A DNA stretch of 64,000 bases from Minisyncoccia bacterium (GTDB taxonomy: Bacteria; Patescibacteriota; Minisyncoccia; UBA6257; GWB1-50-10), in NCBI GenBank assembly GCA_049997815.1, contig JBEKVQ010000002.1, positions 74,483-138,482 on the forward strand, given 5' to 3'. This document shows, one piece after another, positions 28,072 through 37,625 of this stretch; the first letter of the stretch is position 1; the number at the start of each line of letters is the position of its first letter. The notes under the pieces were generated by a model, which was not told the DNA's origin, searched no databases, and saw only the letters and a list, made by a program, of their open reading frames with translations. A program made the translations under genes and the position numbers.

Positions 28072-30011
28072 CATTGTTTGGCGATATTTTCCAAGAGCTC
28101 CATCGTCGGCAGGACGTCCTCGGCCGTGACCGGAACCCTCTCGGTTTCGTCTTTAAGCGAAGAGATGAAGCCGTTGTAAATTTGGCGGTGCGAAAAGTTG
28201 CCGTCCTTCCTGATTTTTTTGTCTATAACGTATTGGACCATGGTCTTCACCGAATTTCTGAGGTCACTTAACGGACTGGGTGCTCCCGATTTTATTCGGA
28301 AGCTTTCCGGATAAAATCCGGCAAAATAGGTTTTGTTTTCCGACCGCGCTTCAATGAAAGTCTCGGAATGTGGCGGGAACATCTTAAGGTCAAGAATAAT
28401 ATCATTTCCATTTTTCGTTGCAACGGTGCCCTCCAAATTAACGAGAATCCCACTCGAATCATGCTCGGTTTTTAGCCGTTCTGCCTTTTTGAAATCTCCA
28501 GCTAGTTCCACCCCCAAATCGATGAAGTGGTAAGCCATATCGTAGAGAAGCGCGTTCTTCATCTTTTCGCGCCAACCGCCGGCGCTTTTGATGACGGGGC
28601 CGCTCCAGAATCTGACTCTAACCAAGTTTATTTTCGCGCCGTCTTTTCTCATGGCCGATTTCATCGCGAGTATGTTCCTTCGGAATCGGTAATTGTTAAT
28701 GACGCATATTTTGGCGTTGCTCCCATCGGCCATCTTCGCAATTTCTCTGGATTCAAGGAGATTTAGCGCAAGAGGTTTCTCTATCATCAGATTGATCCCC
28801 GCACCGCTGAGTTCTCGGGCGATGTCGAGGTGGGTGGCGGGTGGAGTAGAGACGGCGACGAAATCTAATTTCCGGTTTTTAAATTCGCTTATCGCTCGAA
28901 CCGCTTCGGCTTTCGGAAAGAAATCATCCCTTATCTGCTTTGCGGACTTCTCGTCTATATCGTAGATCGCTTCCACTTTTATTCTCAGATTCCCGATAAT
29001 GACCGGCAGATGAAGCGTCCTCATGGCAAAACCGCAGCCAATTATGCCGATTCGGACCGGGCCGTAGTGAAAATCAACCATTTGTTTCATCGCTTCCCTG
29101 AAAGGTACAACGGCCTTCCAGCCAAGTTCCGATTTTAGATTTTCCGCAGAGTAGTAAATGTCTTTTTGGGCCCGGGCGAGGAGGTAACCGTATCGGCCTA
29201 AAATAGGGTTCAGCACGAAGAATGATTTTGGTACAAATAACATTCTTTTCCCGTCGGGAGCAAATTCGTTGAAATATTCGACTATTTCCCGAGTGGTCGG
29301 CTGTTCGTCCGAGACCACGTTATAAGTTCCGCTCTCCTTCCCGCTACCCTTAATGGCGGCCTTAACCGCTCCATGAAGGTCGTCAATGTGGATGTAGGGG
29401 AGGCGTTTGTCGCCCATTCCGAGATTTATGCCCACGCTGCCCCTTATGATGCCGCAGCCCATAAGCGGCATTTTCATGTTTGGAGCGTAGACGAGGCCGG
29501 CCCGGAGAATCGTGACCGGCAATTCAGAAGAATCAATTTTTGAGGCGATGGATTGTTCGCCCAATGCTTTGGTTTTCGCGTACCAACCCCGCAGATCCAT
29601 GTGGGGCTCGAAGGGGGTATCCTCGGTTACAACGGAATTCGCCGCCTGGTTCAGGTCGTAGATGCTTACGGAACTCATATAGACCAATCGCTCTTTTTTG
29701 TTTTTCTCGCAAAGTTTGAAAATGAGTTCCGAACCCTTCACGGTCGTGTTGTAGTAATCGTCGTAAGTACCACCGGTGCCGGCGGCGAGATGGACGATGA
29801 TATCGGATTCTTTTACGAAGTTCTCCAGGTTTTTCTCGTCGTTGATGTCACCCTCGAAGATTCTCAGTTTTTCGCCGTATCGTTTCGCTAGAAAATCTAT
29901 CTTCGCTGCATTTCTTACGTAAGCGTTCACGAAGTATCCATCGTCGATGAATTTTTTGACGAAGTGCTTGCCTACGAATCCGCTTGCACCCGTGATGCCT
30001 ATTTTCTTCAT
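28068..30011 (-). CDS. Fusion of an NAD-dependent epimerase/dehydratase and a Gfo/Idh/MocA oxidoreductase
   Basis: N-terminal GASGFVG..YAKTK; C-terminal IGIIGCG, STPPATH, IEKPLA, DMAYHFID. Confidence 0.85.
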   Translation of the reverse strand: MKKIGITGASGFVGKHFVKKFIDDGYFVNAYVRNAAKIDFLAKRYGEKLRIFEGDINDEKNLENFVKESDIIVHLAAGTGGTYDDYYNTTVKGSELIFKLCEKNKKERLVYMSSVSIYDLNQAANSVVTEDTPFEPHMDLRGWYAKTKALGEQSIASKIDSSELPVTILRAGLVYAPNMKMPLMGCGIIRGSVGINLGMGDKRLPYIHIDDLHGAVKAAIKGSGKESGTYNVVSDEQPTTREIVEYFNEFAPDGKRMLFVPKSFFVLNPILGRYGYLLARAQKDIYYSAENLKSELGWKAVVPFREAMKQMVDFHYGPVRIGIIGCGFAMRTLHLPVIIGNLRIKVEAIYDIDEKSAKQIRDDFFPKAEAVRAISEFKNRKLDFVAVSTPPATHLDIARELSGAGINLMIEKPLALNLLESREIAKMADGSNAKICVINNYRFRRNILAMKSAMRKDGAKINLVRVRFWSGPVIKSAGGWREKMKNALLYDMAYHFIDLGVELAGDFKKAERLKTEHDSSGILVNLEGTVATKNGNDIILDLKMFPPHSETFIEARSENKTYFAGFYPESFRIKSGAPSPLSDLRNSVKTMVQYVIDKKIRKDGNFSHRQIYNGFISSLKDETERVPVTAEDVLPTMELLENIAKQC

Positions 30012-30020
30012 ACGCCCTCA

Positions 30021-30049
30021 ATCCTATCCTAAAAAAAACGGGGAATCAA
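30021..30049 (-). promoter_or_regulatory. Putative sigma70 promoter with a T8 tract in the spacer
   Basis: Minus strand TTGATT-17 bp-TAGGAT; ATG 9 nt downstream. Confidence 0.5.
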
Positions 30050-30084
30050 TGAAGTTCTTGTAGATATTCAGTCGGTGTGAGAGA

Positions 30085-31284
30085 ATGACTTCTGTGAAGA
30101 TACTGCACATAAATCTGGTTTATTTGCCGGCCTTCCGTTACGGCGGGCCCATTAGAAGCGTCCATAATTTGAATAAGTGGCTCGTAAAAAGGGGAGCCGA
30201 CGTGACGGTTTATACGACGAATATCGACGGGCCGGTAGAGTTGGATGTTCCGACCGGCGTGCCGGTTTCGATAGATGGCGTCAGAGTTTTTTACTTTCCG
30301 GTACATTTTTTCAGGCATTGGTTCTATTCTTCGGATTTCAGGAAAGCGCTCGCGATGACCGCGAAAGATTTTGATATCATCCACATCACTTCGGTCTTCA
30401 CGGCCGCCTCGACGCTCGGGGCGCACTATGCGAAGAAGCGGGACATTCCCTACGTCATCTCACCCAAAGGAAGCCTGATGAAGACTCCCCTAGGAAGCGG
30501 TTCGCTGAAGAAAAAGTTGTATTTATCCCTGATCGAAAGAAAGAACCTTGAAGAAGCCGATGCCATCCACTTCACCGTTCCGGTTGAAAAGGAGGAATAT
30601 TTGAGGCAAGGGTTGTCATTTAAAGACAGTTTCGTCATTCCGAATGGCCTGGACCCGGATGAATTCAAAGAGGAAATCCCTCCGGGTTTTTTCCGCAAAA
30701 AGTTCGGCATCTCGGCCGATAAGAAGATCGTTCTCTTTCTTGGGCGCTTGAATTGGATAAAGGGACTGGATACGCTTTTGCCGAGCTTCAAAAGAGTAGC
30801 TGACAGGATTCCCGCGGCCATTCTGGTTCTTGCTGGCGGTGATGACAAAAAATACAAGAAAACAGTCGAAGACATGGTCGAGAAACACAAACTTGGCGAC
30901 AAAGTCGTTTTTACTGGTATGATTATAGACGGGGATAAGCAAGCCGCCTTGAGGGATAGCGACGTTTTCGTCATGCCCTCCTATTCGGAGAGCTTCGGAA
31001 TGTCGGCGCTTGAGGCGATGTACTCCCGCTTGCCGGTCGTCGTGACTGAGGGAGTAAGTTTGGCTCCGGTAGTAGAAAAGTATTCCGCTGGCCTTGTCGT
31101 CACCAAAAATGAGGATAAGCTAAGTGAAGCGGTCATTAATATCCTGTCCAACCCCGATTCGGCGAAAGCGATGGGAGAGCGCGGACGCAAAATAGCGGAA
31201 AGTAATTTCCTTATGCCCGTGATCGCCGAAAATTTCCTGGCTGCCTACGGAAGAGTCATAGAAACTCACAGGGGCAAAAATTAA
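30085..31284 (+). CDS. Glycosyltransferase family 4
   Basis: YGGP, FLGRL..KGLD, ESFGMSALEAM. Confidence 0.9.
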   Translation: MTSVKILHINLVYLPAFRYGGPIRSVHNLNKWLVKRGADVTVYTTNIDGPVELDVPTGVPVSIDGVRVFYFPVHFFRHWFYSSDFRKALAMTAKDFDIIHITSVFTAASTLGAHYAKKRDIPYVISPKGSLMKTPLGSGSLKKKLYLSLIERKNLEEADAIHFTVPVEKEEYLRQGLSFKDSFVIPNGLDPDEFKEEIPPGFFRKKFGISADKKIVLFLGRLNWIKGLDTLLPSFKRVADRIPAAILVLAGGDDKKYKKTVEDMVEKHKLGDKVVFTGMIIDGDKQAALRDSDVFVMPSYSESFGMSALEAMYSRLPVVVTEGVSLAPVVEKYSAGLVVTKNEDKLSEAVINILSNPDSAKAMGERGRKIAESNFLMPVIAENFLAAYGRVIETHRGKN

Positions 31285-31294
31285 AAAACAAACC

Positions 31295-32155
31295 ATGTCT
31301 TATTCCGAAACCAAGCAAAAAATAAAGCGTTCCGTCTATCAAAGCAGCTTGAGGTCTCTCATGAGGCGATTGGGTTTGATCCGGTTATTTTTCGCGATTC
31401 CGAACCAGTTTTCGAACTTGGAGCACCGGATCGCCTTTTCTCTTCACAAGAATTGTCTCGCCGGCATTGAAATTTCCGGTTACAGAGCGATATTTACCGC
31501 TCCGACCTTCATTGAATTCAGAAGGACTGTCGCGATGGGGAGTGAGAAGAAAGTCATAGAGCCATTTTTGGATAAAATAAAAGAGGGAGACACGGTTTTC
31601 GATATCGGCGCGAGCGTTGGCCTTTACACGGTTTTTATCGCGAAGAAGGTTGGAGGCGATGGACGAGTAGTCTCCTTCGAGCCGGAACGCCAGTCAAGGG
31701 AAAGATTAATGGGGAATATCCGCTTGAATTCCCTTGGGAACGTCCGGGTCGTAAGCGATGCTCTTGGACGGGATGAATCGAGGCAGTTTCTGAGGCCCGA
31801 CAAGAATTTCGCCTCAGGCGCCAACATTATTTTTGATGCTAAGGAAAATCCCGGAGCAGCTGGCGGCGAAGAGGTATCCGTATTTTCCGGAGATACGCTC
31901 ATAAAAAAAGGAGTGCTTCCGGTCCCGAACGCCATTAAGATAGATGTGGAGGGGATGGAAGATGACGTTCTTACGGGCCTCAAAGAGACGATCCGGAGGC
32001 CGGAGTGCCGTACAGTTCTCTGTGAAATCCATTTTTCCAATCTTGAAAAGAGAGGCAGGCCCGAAGCGCCGAAGCGCATTGAAGGGATGCTCAAAGATTC
32101 GGGATTCAACCAATTGTTCTGGCTCGACCGTTCCCACATCTTGGCCGTTAAATAG
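31295..32155 (+). CDS. FkbM-family methyltransferase
   Basis: FDIGASVG, SFEP, IKIDVEGME. Confidence 0.9.
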   Translation: MSYSETKQKIKRSVYQSSLRSLMRRLGLIRLFFAIPNQFSNLEHRIAFSLHKNCLAGIEISGYRAIFTAPTFIEFRRTVAMGSEKKVIEPFLDKIKEGDTVFDIGASVGLYTVFIAKKVGGDGRVVSFEPERQSRERLMGNIRLNSLGNVRVVSDALGRDESRQFLRPDKNFASGANIIFDAKENPGAAGGEEVSVFSGDTLIKKGVLPVPNAIKIDVEGMEDDVLTGLKETIRRPECRTVLCEIHFSNLEKRGRPEAPKRIEGMLKDSGFNQLFWLDRSHILAVK

Positions 32156-32164
32156 AAGAAAACA

Positions 32165-33004
32165 ATGAAATCACCCGTAAGCGTTATTATCCTCACTCTT
32201 AATGAGGAGATAAACATTGAGAAATGTCTCAAGAGCGTTGCCGGCTGGGCTGGCGAGATCATCATTGTCGATTGCCACAGTACCGACCGCACGCTTGAGA
32301 TCGCCAAACGCTATGGTGCCAAGATCTTTGAGCATGATTTCAAAAACCAAGCCGTTCAGTTCAATTGGGCATTGGATAACGTGCCCATAAAGAACGATTG
32401 GATATTGAGATTGGACTCCGACGAATACGTCTTACCAGAACTGGCTGAAGAAATCCAAGAAAGAACTGGGAACGCATCTGCGGAGACAAGCGGATTTTAC
32501 ATTAAGCGCCGGGTTTATTTTATGGGAAGATGGATAAAGCATGGCGGTTATTATCCGACCTGGTTTCTGCGCCTTTGGCGCAAGGGCAATGCGAGATATG
32601 AAGACCGTGAAGTCGATGAGCACGTCGTTTTGAGCTCAGGCAGGGCCGATTTTCTGAAGAACGACTTTGTCGATGAAAACCGCAAGAATTTAGAATGGTG
32701 GATAGGGAGAACGAACAACTATACCACACGGGAAGTTGTCGCGAGAGGAAAAGAGGCGGAAGAATCGCTTTTGCTCCCTGGCCGGTTCTTCGGCACCCAG
32801 TCCGAACGCAAGCGCTGGTTAAGGACGAATGTTTATTATCGTTTGCCGCTGTTTACGCGGGCGTTCATCTACTTTTTTTACCGATATTTCTTCCGGCTCG
32901 GATTTTTGGACGGTAAAGAGGGATTGGTATTCCATTTCCTTCAGGGCTGTTGGAATCAATTCCTGGTTGATGCGAAGATATACGAACAAACGAAAAATAA
33001 TTAA
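32165..33004 (+). CDS. Glycosyltransferase family 2
   Basis: SVIILTLNEE, VDCHSTD, LDSDE, GFLDGKEG. Confidence 0.9.
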   Translation: MKSPVSVIILTLNEEINIEKCLKSVAGWAGEIIIVDCHSTDRTLEIAKRYGAKIFEHDFKNQAVQFNWALDNVPIKNDWILRLDSDEYVLPELAEEIQERTGNASAETSGFYIKRRVYFMGRWIKHGGYYPTWFLRLWRKGNARYEDREVDEHVVLSSGRADFLKNDFVDENRKNLEWWIGRTNNYTTREVVARGKEAEESLLLPGRFFGTQSERKRWLRTNVYYRLPLFTRAFIYFFYRYFFRLGFLDGKEGLVFHFLQGCWNQFLVDAKIYEQTKNN

Positions 33005-33007
33005 GAT

Positions 33008-33667
33008 ATGGATAAAAAATCGGAGAAACTTCATTTGGGTTGCGGCCTGATCACCCCTTCAAGCTGGATTAATGTGGATGGTTCGTGGAATGCCCTGTTG
33101 GCAAAGCACCCACTGGTCAAAAAAATATTAATGGCCCTTCATCTTGCGCCGGCCCGCCTATTCGATATTCCCTGGAGCGCTGAAGTCGTGTTCCATGACG
33201 TTCGCCGCCCTCTGCCCTTTGAAGACGATTCCATGGAAGCGGTTTATGCTTCTCATTTATTGGAGCATGTTTATCTGGAGGAGGCGAAGAAGCTTCTCGG
33301 GGAGTGTTTTCGAGTATTGAAACCGGGCGGCGTATTGAGGATCATGGTGCCGGATTTGAGAGGAATCGTTTCACAATACAATCTTCGCCAGCCCACCAAT
33401 GAATCAAAGGCCGATAGAATGATAAAAAGTCTGGATTTTTGCGATACCGTACCGCCGAGCGGAAACATTTTTTATAGGTTGTATTCTTATCTAAAAGATT
33501 TGCACGCTCATAGATGGATGTACGATAGCGATTCTCTAATTTTTTATTTGAGGGGGGCGGGGTTCAACGATGTTATGGAGATGCCTCTTCATGGTTCAAA
33601 GATACAGAACATCGAAGAGGTGGAGTTGAATGAGGGGCTCTGTGTGGAGGGCGTAAAAGCGGGCTGA
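33008..33667 (+). CDS. SAM-dependent methyltransferase (type 11-like)
   Basis: LHLGCG, SHLLEH, RVLKPGG..VPDL. Confidence 0.85.
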   Translation: MDKKSEKLHLGCGLITPSSWINVDGSWNALLAKHPLVKKILMALHLAPARLFDIPWSAEVVFHDVRRPLPFEDDSMEAVYASHLLEHVYLEEAKKLLGECFRVLKPGGVLRIMVPDLRGIVSQYNLRQPTNESKADRMIKSLDFCDTVPPSGNIFYRLYSYLKDLHAHRWMYDSDSLIFYLRGAGFNDVMEMPLHGSKIQNIEEVELNEGLCVEGVKAG

Positions 33668-33678
33668 GGGTTTCTAAA

Positions 33679-34449
33679 ATGGATAATAAGGAGTCGGTAA
33701 AAAGGTTTTGGAATAAAAAACCGTGCGGAACGTTCGGGGTTCTTGAAAACAAACCAAATCTTGGATATTTCGAATCCATCAGAAAGCGGCGTTATACCCT
33801 CGAACCGTTCATAAAAGTAATAGTGCCTTTTGCTGAACTTCGGAATAAGAAAGTTCTTGAAATCGGGTGCGGCGTGGGGACCGACGGGGTTGAATTCATC
33901 CGTTCCGGAGCGGATTATGTCGGCGTTGATGCCTCCGATATTTCGGTTGGCCTTGCGAAGAGAAACGTCGCCCTCCTTGGCTTTGATTCCGAGAGAGTGA
34001 GTTTAGCGGATGCGGAACGGTTGCCGTTCCCGGATAATGAATTTGATTTCATATATTCCTGGGGCGTGCTTCACCATACTCCCGATATGGAGAAAGCCGT
34101 GAGCGAGGTTCGGAGAGTTCTGAAACCGGGCGGGAATTTCTGCATAATGCTCTATAATCGTTTTTCCTTAGTTGGTTTTCAGCTCTACATTCTCTACGGC
34201 TTGCTTCATCTGAATCCATTCGTGTCTTTCGAGAGGCTCTTCTCGGAGCATCACGAGAGCCCGGGTACTAAGGCCCTTACCGATGCGGAGGCCTTGAAAC
34301 TCTTCGGGGATTTTAAGAATGTTTCCGTTAAAAATATCGTTACCCCTTACGATTTAAGAATTACGAGAAATATTCACTGGCCTCTATGGTTCGGGAAAGC
34401 GATTCCGCAGAGCTTGGGATTTTTCAAAGTGATTCAAGGGAACAGATAA
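33679..34449 (+). CDS. Class I SAM-dependent methyltransferase, paralog of the 6155 gene
   Basis: VLEIGCGVG, DAERLPFPDNEFDFIYSWGVLHH. Confidence 0.85.
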   Translation: MDNKESVKRFWNKKPCGTFGVLENKPNLGYFESIRKRRYTLEPFIKVIVPFAELRNKKVLEIGCGVGTDGVEFIRSGADYVGVDASDISVGLAKRNVALLGFDSERVSLADAERLPFPDNEFDFIYSWGVLHHTPDMEKAVSEVRRVLKPGGNFCIMLYNRFSLVGFQLYILYGLLHLNPFVSFERLFSEHHESPGTKALTDAEALKLFGDFKNVSVKNIVTPYDLRITRNIHWPLWFGKAIPQSLGFFKVIQGNR

Positions 34450-34469
34450 CCGGTCTGCGTTTCGGCCGA

Positions 34470-34498
34470 TTTACATGGCGGATGGAGCCTTCTATAAT
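34470..34498 (+). promoter_or_regulatory. sigma70 promoter
   Basis: TTTACA-17 bp-TATAAT. Confidence 0.65.
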
Positions 34499-34509
34499 GA
34501 AATTTATAA

Positions 34510-36660
34510 ATGAAACAGGTATTCCAAAATCCGAAATCGGGCAAGACACGGGTGGAAGAAATCATTCCGCCTATTTTGCGTTCCGGCGGAGTCCTGGTTA
34601 AAAACCGCTATTCGGTCATCAGTGCCGGAACCGAGCGGGGTATTATAGAACTCTCAAAGAAGAGCTTGCTCCAAAAAGCGAAAGAGCGGCCGGATTACGT
34701 CCGAAAATTCTTCATACTCGTGAAGACCAAGGGATTCAAGTGGGCATGGGGCGTAGCTCAAGCGAAGCTAGAAAAAGACATTGCTTTGGGTTATTCCAGT
34801 GCCGGGGAGGTGATCGCCGCGGGGCGCGAAGTTGAGGAATTTCGCGCGGGCGACCGGGTAGCCTGCGCCGGCCAGGATTACGCTTCGCACGCCGAGGTAA
34901 TCGCGGTGCCAAAGAACCTTTGCGTGAAGATACCGGCGAATGTTTCCGAGAAGGATGCCGCTTTTACGACGATCGCTTCGATCGCCATGCAGGGTATCCG
35001 TCGCGCCAACCTCGCACCGGGCGAAAAGGTAGCCGTTGTCGGTCTCGGCCTGCTCGGACAATTGGCGGTGAGGATGCTCCGTGCTTACGGCCATCCGGTC
35101 ATCGGCTTTGACGTGAATCCCGCGCAGCTCTCTTTTGCGAAGGAGAACGGCATGGATGAGGGGGCCTTAACGGATGATAAGGATATAGACGGTAAGGTTT
35201 CCAAATTTACGTTCGGTAGAGGGGTGGACGCCGTCCTAATCTATGCGAGCGCGAAGACCGACGAGCCGTTGAAATTGGCCGTCAAGATTTCCCGCGACCG
35301 GGGGCGCATCGTACAGATAGGAAACATCCAAGCGGATATTCCCTGGCGCGACTTCCATCCGAAGGAACTTTCGTATTTCTCGTCCCGTTCCTACGGCCCG
35401 GGCCGTTATGACAAAAATTATGAGGAAAGAGGAATGGACTATCCGATTGGCTATGTCCGCTGGACGGAAAGAAGGAACATGGAAGAATTCTTGCGCCTCT
35501 TGTCCGACGGGAAAATCTCGGTGGAAAATCTCGTTACGAAAACCTTTCCCATAAGTGAGGCTGAAAAGGCCTACGAACTCGTTTTCAATCCGAAAGGCCC
35601 GGTGCGCGGAGTGGTTTTGGAATACCCCGAAGCGGCGAAATTCGAACGGAAGATGACATTTAAACCGTTACTGTCGCAGGCAAGCAGTTCGCCTACGGAA
35701 GTGAAGATTGGGATAATCGGAGCGGGATCGTTCATGAAATCGGAAATTCTCCCGCATTTGAAAAAAACCGTTGGAGCGAAAGTGAGGGCCATTGCCCACT
35801 CGAAGGGATTGGATGCGAACGCCATCGCCAAGGAATGGGGCGCGGAGTACGTGACGAACGATTATCACGATATCTTGAATGACAAGGACATCAATCTGGT
35901 CATTTGTGCTTTGCGCCACGCCGACCACGCGAAGGTCGCAAAGGAGGCGCTTGAGGCGGGAAAGAACGTTCATATGGAAAAGCCGCTCGCTTTGGACGAA
36001 ACCGAGCTGAACGAAGTGATGGAAGTGGCGAAACGTTCCAAGGGAAGGTTGTTCGTTGGCTTCAATCGCAGATTTTCCGGCCACTTCGCGGAAGCGAAGA
36101 AGGCGTTCGAAAATTGCCCCACTCCGCTTCAGGTGGTCTATCGGGTGAATGTGCCCCTTACGGAGGAGCACTGGTCCCAAGATCAGAAGGAGGGCGGCCG
36201 CCTCATCGGCGAGGGGTGCCACTTTGCGAACGCGCTCCAATTTCTTATCGGGAGCCGGCCGGTCAGGGTGACGGCATCATCGATACCGGTGGGCGGAGTA
36301 GTTAAACACGAAGAAAATTTCTCGTTCTCGGTTGAGTTCGAGAACGGCTCGCTGGGAACGGTGGTTTACTCCGGGTTGGGTAATTTCCGCCTGCCTAAGG
36401 AATACGTGGAGATTTACGCCGGAGGCAACATCTTCGTCATAGACAATTTCAAGGACGGGAGATTCATCACTTCCGTGAAAACCAAAAAATTCAACTTCTC
36501 GAGACAGAATAAGGGATATCTGGAAGAATTGCAGGGAGAGATAGATGCGATAAGAAACGGTAAGCCGTCGCCTATATCCCTTGAGGAGATCTATCTTTCC
36601 CATCTCGCCATTTTCAAAGTTGCCGAGGCGCTCAAGACCGGCGGGCATGCAGGGATTTAA
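34510..36660 (+). CDS. Bi-domain oxidoreductase (MDR/Zn-ADH-like plus Gfo/Idh/MocA)
   Basis: ISAGTE, LGYSSAG, GLGLLG, SYGPGRYD..WTERRN, then IGAGSF, EKPLA, VGFNRRF, EGCHF. Confidence 0.9.
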   Translation: MKQVFQNPKSGKTRVEEIIPPILRSGGVLVKNRYSVISAGTERGIIELSKKSLLQKAKERPDYVRKFFILVKTKGFKWAWGVAQAKLEKDIALGYSSAGEVIAAGREVEEFRAGDRVACAGQDYASHAEVIAVPKNLCVKIPANVSEKDAAFTTIASIAMQGIRRANLAPGEKVAVVGLGLLGQLAVRMLRAYGHPVIGFDVNPAQLSFAKENGMDEGALTDDKDIDGKVSKFTFGRGVDAVLIYASAKTDEPLKLAVKISRDRGRIVQIGNIQADIPWRDFHPKELSYFSSRSYGPGRYDKNYEERGMDYPIGYVRWTERRNMEEFLRLLSDGKISVENLVTKTFPISEAEKAYELVFNPKGPVRGVVLEYPEAAKFERKMTFKPLLSQASSSPTEVKIGIIGAGSFMKSEILPHLKKTVGAKVRAIAHSKGLDANAIAKEWGAEYVTNDYHDILNDKDINLVICALRHADHAKVAKEALEAGKNVHMEKPLALDETELNEVMEVAKRSKGRLFVGFNRRFSGHFAEAKKAFENCPTPLQVVYRVNVPLTEEHWSQDQKEGGRLIGEGCHFANALQFLIGSRPVRVTASSIPVGGVVKHEENFSFSVEFENGSLGTVVYSGLGNFRLPKEYVEIYAGGNIFVIDNFKDGRFITSVKTKKFNFSRQNKGYLEELQGEIDAIRNGKPSPISLEEIYLSHLAIFKVAEALKTGGHAGI

Positions 36661-37621
36661 TTATTTCCGGCGGATTTTCAAGGTTTATCTCACCCCGGAT
36701 AAGGGGTACCTTTCTTTTTGGCATGAACATCCGGCGGTAAGCGAAAACATTGATTCCGAAAATCCGGCGGGGCCGTATTACATGACCTTCCTAGACAAGG
36801 CGAAGTACGCGGGCCCGAGAGACGAGGACGGAGTCATTCTCTTCGATTATTACTTTGACATCGGCCGCCAATATAATCCGCTGGCCGTCGCGCAGTACGG
36901 CCTCGGCCACTATAATCTTTATTTGGATAATGGGGCTCCCGAGCATCTGGGAGTAGCGATAACTCAGGCGGACTGGCTCGTGAAGAATCTGGAAGAAAAC
37001 AATGAGGGGTTGCCGGTCTGGAGACACAAATTTCCCTGGCACTATAAACAAGGCCTGGCGGCGGGCTGGTATTCCGCCCACTCTCAAGGGACGGGCATCT
37101 CGCTTTTGGGAAGAATGTATAAAACTACAGGTGATGAGAAATATCTCCGCGCCGCCCGCGAAGCGTTCCGCTCGATGAATATCGCCATTGCAAACGGCGG
37201 AGTGAAATTTACGGATGGGGAGGGGAATATCTGGCTTGAAGAATATATCATCGACCCGCCGACGCACATCTTAAACGGTTTCCTTTGGGCGTTGTGGGGT
37301 GTTTGGGATTACTGGCTTCTCACGAAAGACGAGGCGGCCTTCGAATTATGGAACGGTTGTATCGCAACCCTCAAAAAGAATCTGCCGCGTTACGATGCCG
37401 GCTTCTGGTCGCTCTACGACCTTTCCCGGCAGGCGCTTAAAATGATTGCGAGTCCCTTTTACCATTCACTTCATATTGTCCAGCTCGAGGCGACTTACCG
37501 GATGAGCCAGGAAGAAACATTTCGGAGTTATTCCGAAAAGTTCGCCGGCTATGCGAGTAATCACCTCTATCGGATCATGGCTCTTTTCTACAAAGCGGTT
37601 TTTAAGATATTCTATTTCTAA
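36647..37621 (+). CDS. D-glucuronyl C5-epimerase C-terminal-domain family protein
   Basis: YNP..VAQYGL, WYSA.SQG, WLEEY..HILNGF..AL.G, WSLYDL, YH.LHI.QL. Likely ATG 36647. Confidence 0.85.
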   Translation: MQGFNYFRRIFKVYLTPDKGYLSFWHEHPAVSENIDSENPAGPYYMTFLDKAKYAGPRDEDGVILFDYYFDIGRQYNPLAVAQYGLGHYNLYLDNGAPEHLGVAITQADWLVKNLEENNEGLPVWRHKFPWHYKQGLAAGWYSAHSQGTGISLLGRMYKTTGDEKYLRAAREAFRSMNIAIANGGVKFTDGEGNIWLEEYIIDPPTHILNGFLWALWGVWDYWLLTKDEAAFELWNGCIATLKKNLPRYDAGFWSLYDLSRQALKMIASPFYHSLHIVQLEATYRMSQEETFRSYSEKFAGYASNHLYRIMALFYKAVFKIFYF

Positions 37622-37625
37622 TAAG

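Noticed and set aside
30031-30038. Phase-variable homopolymer in a promoter spacer
   Set aside because: The tract is only 8 nt, and there is no evidence of length variation without reads.
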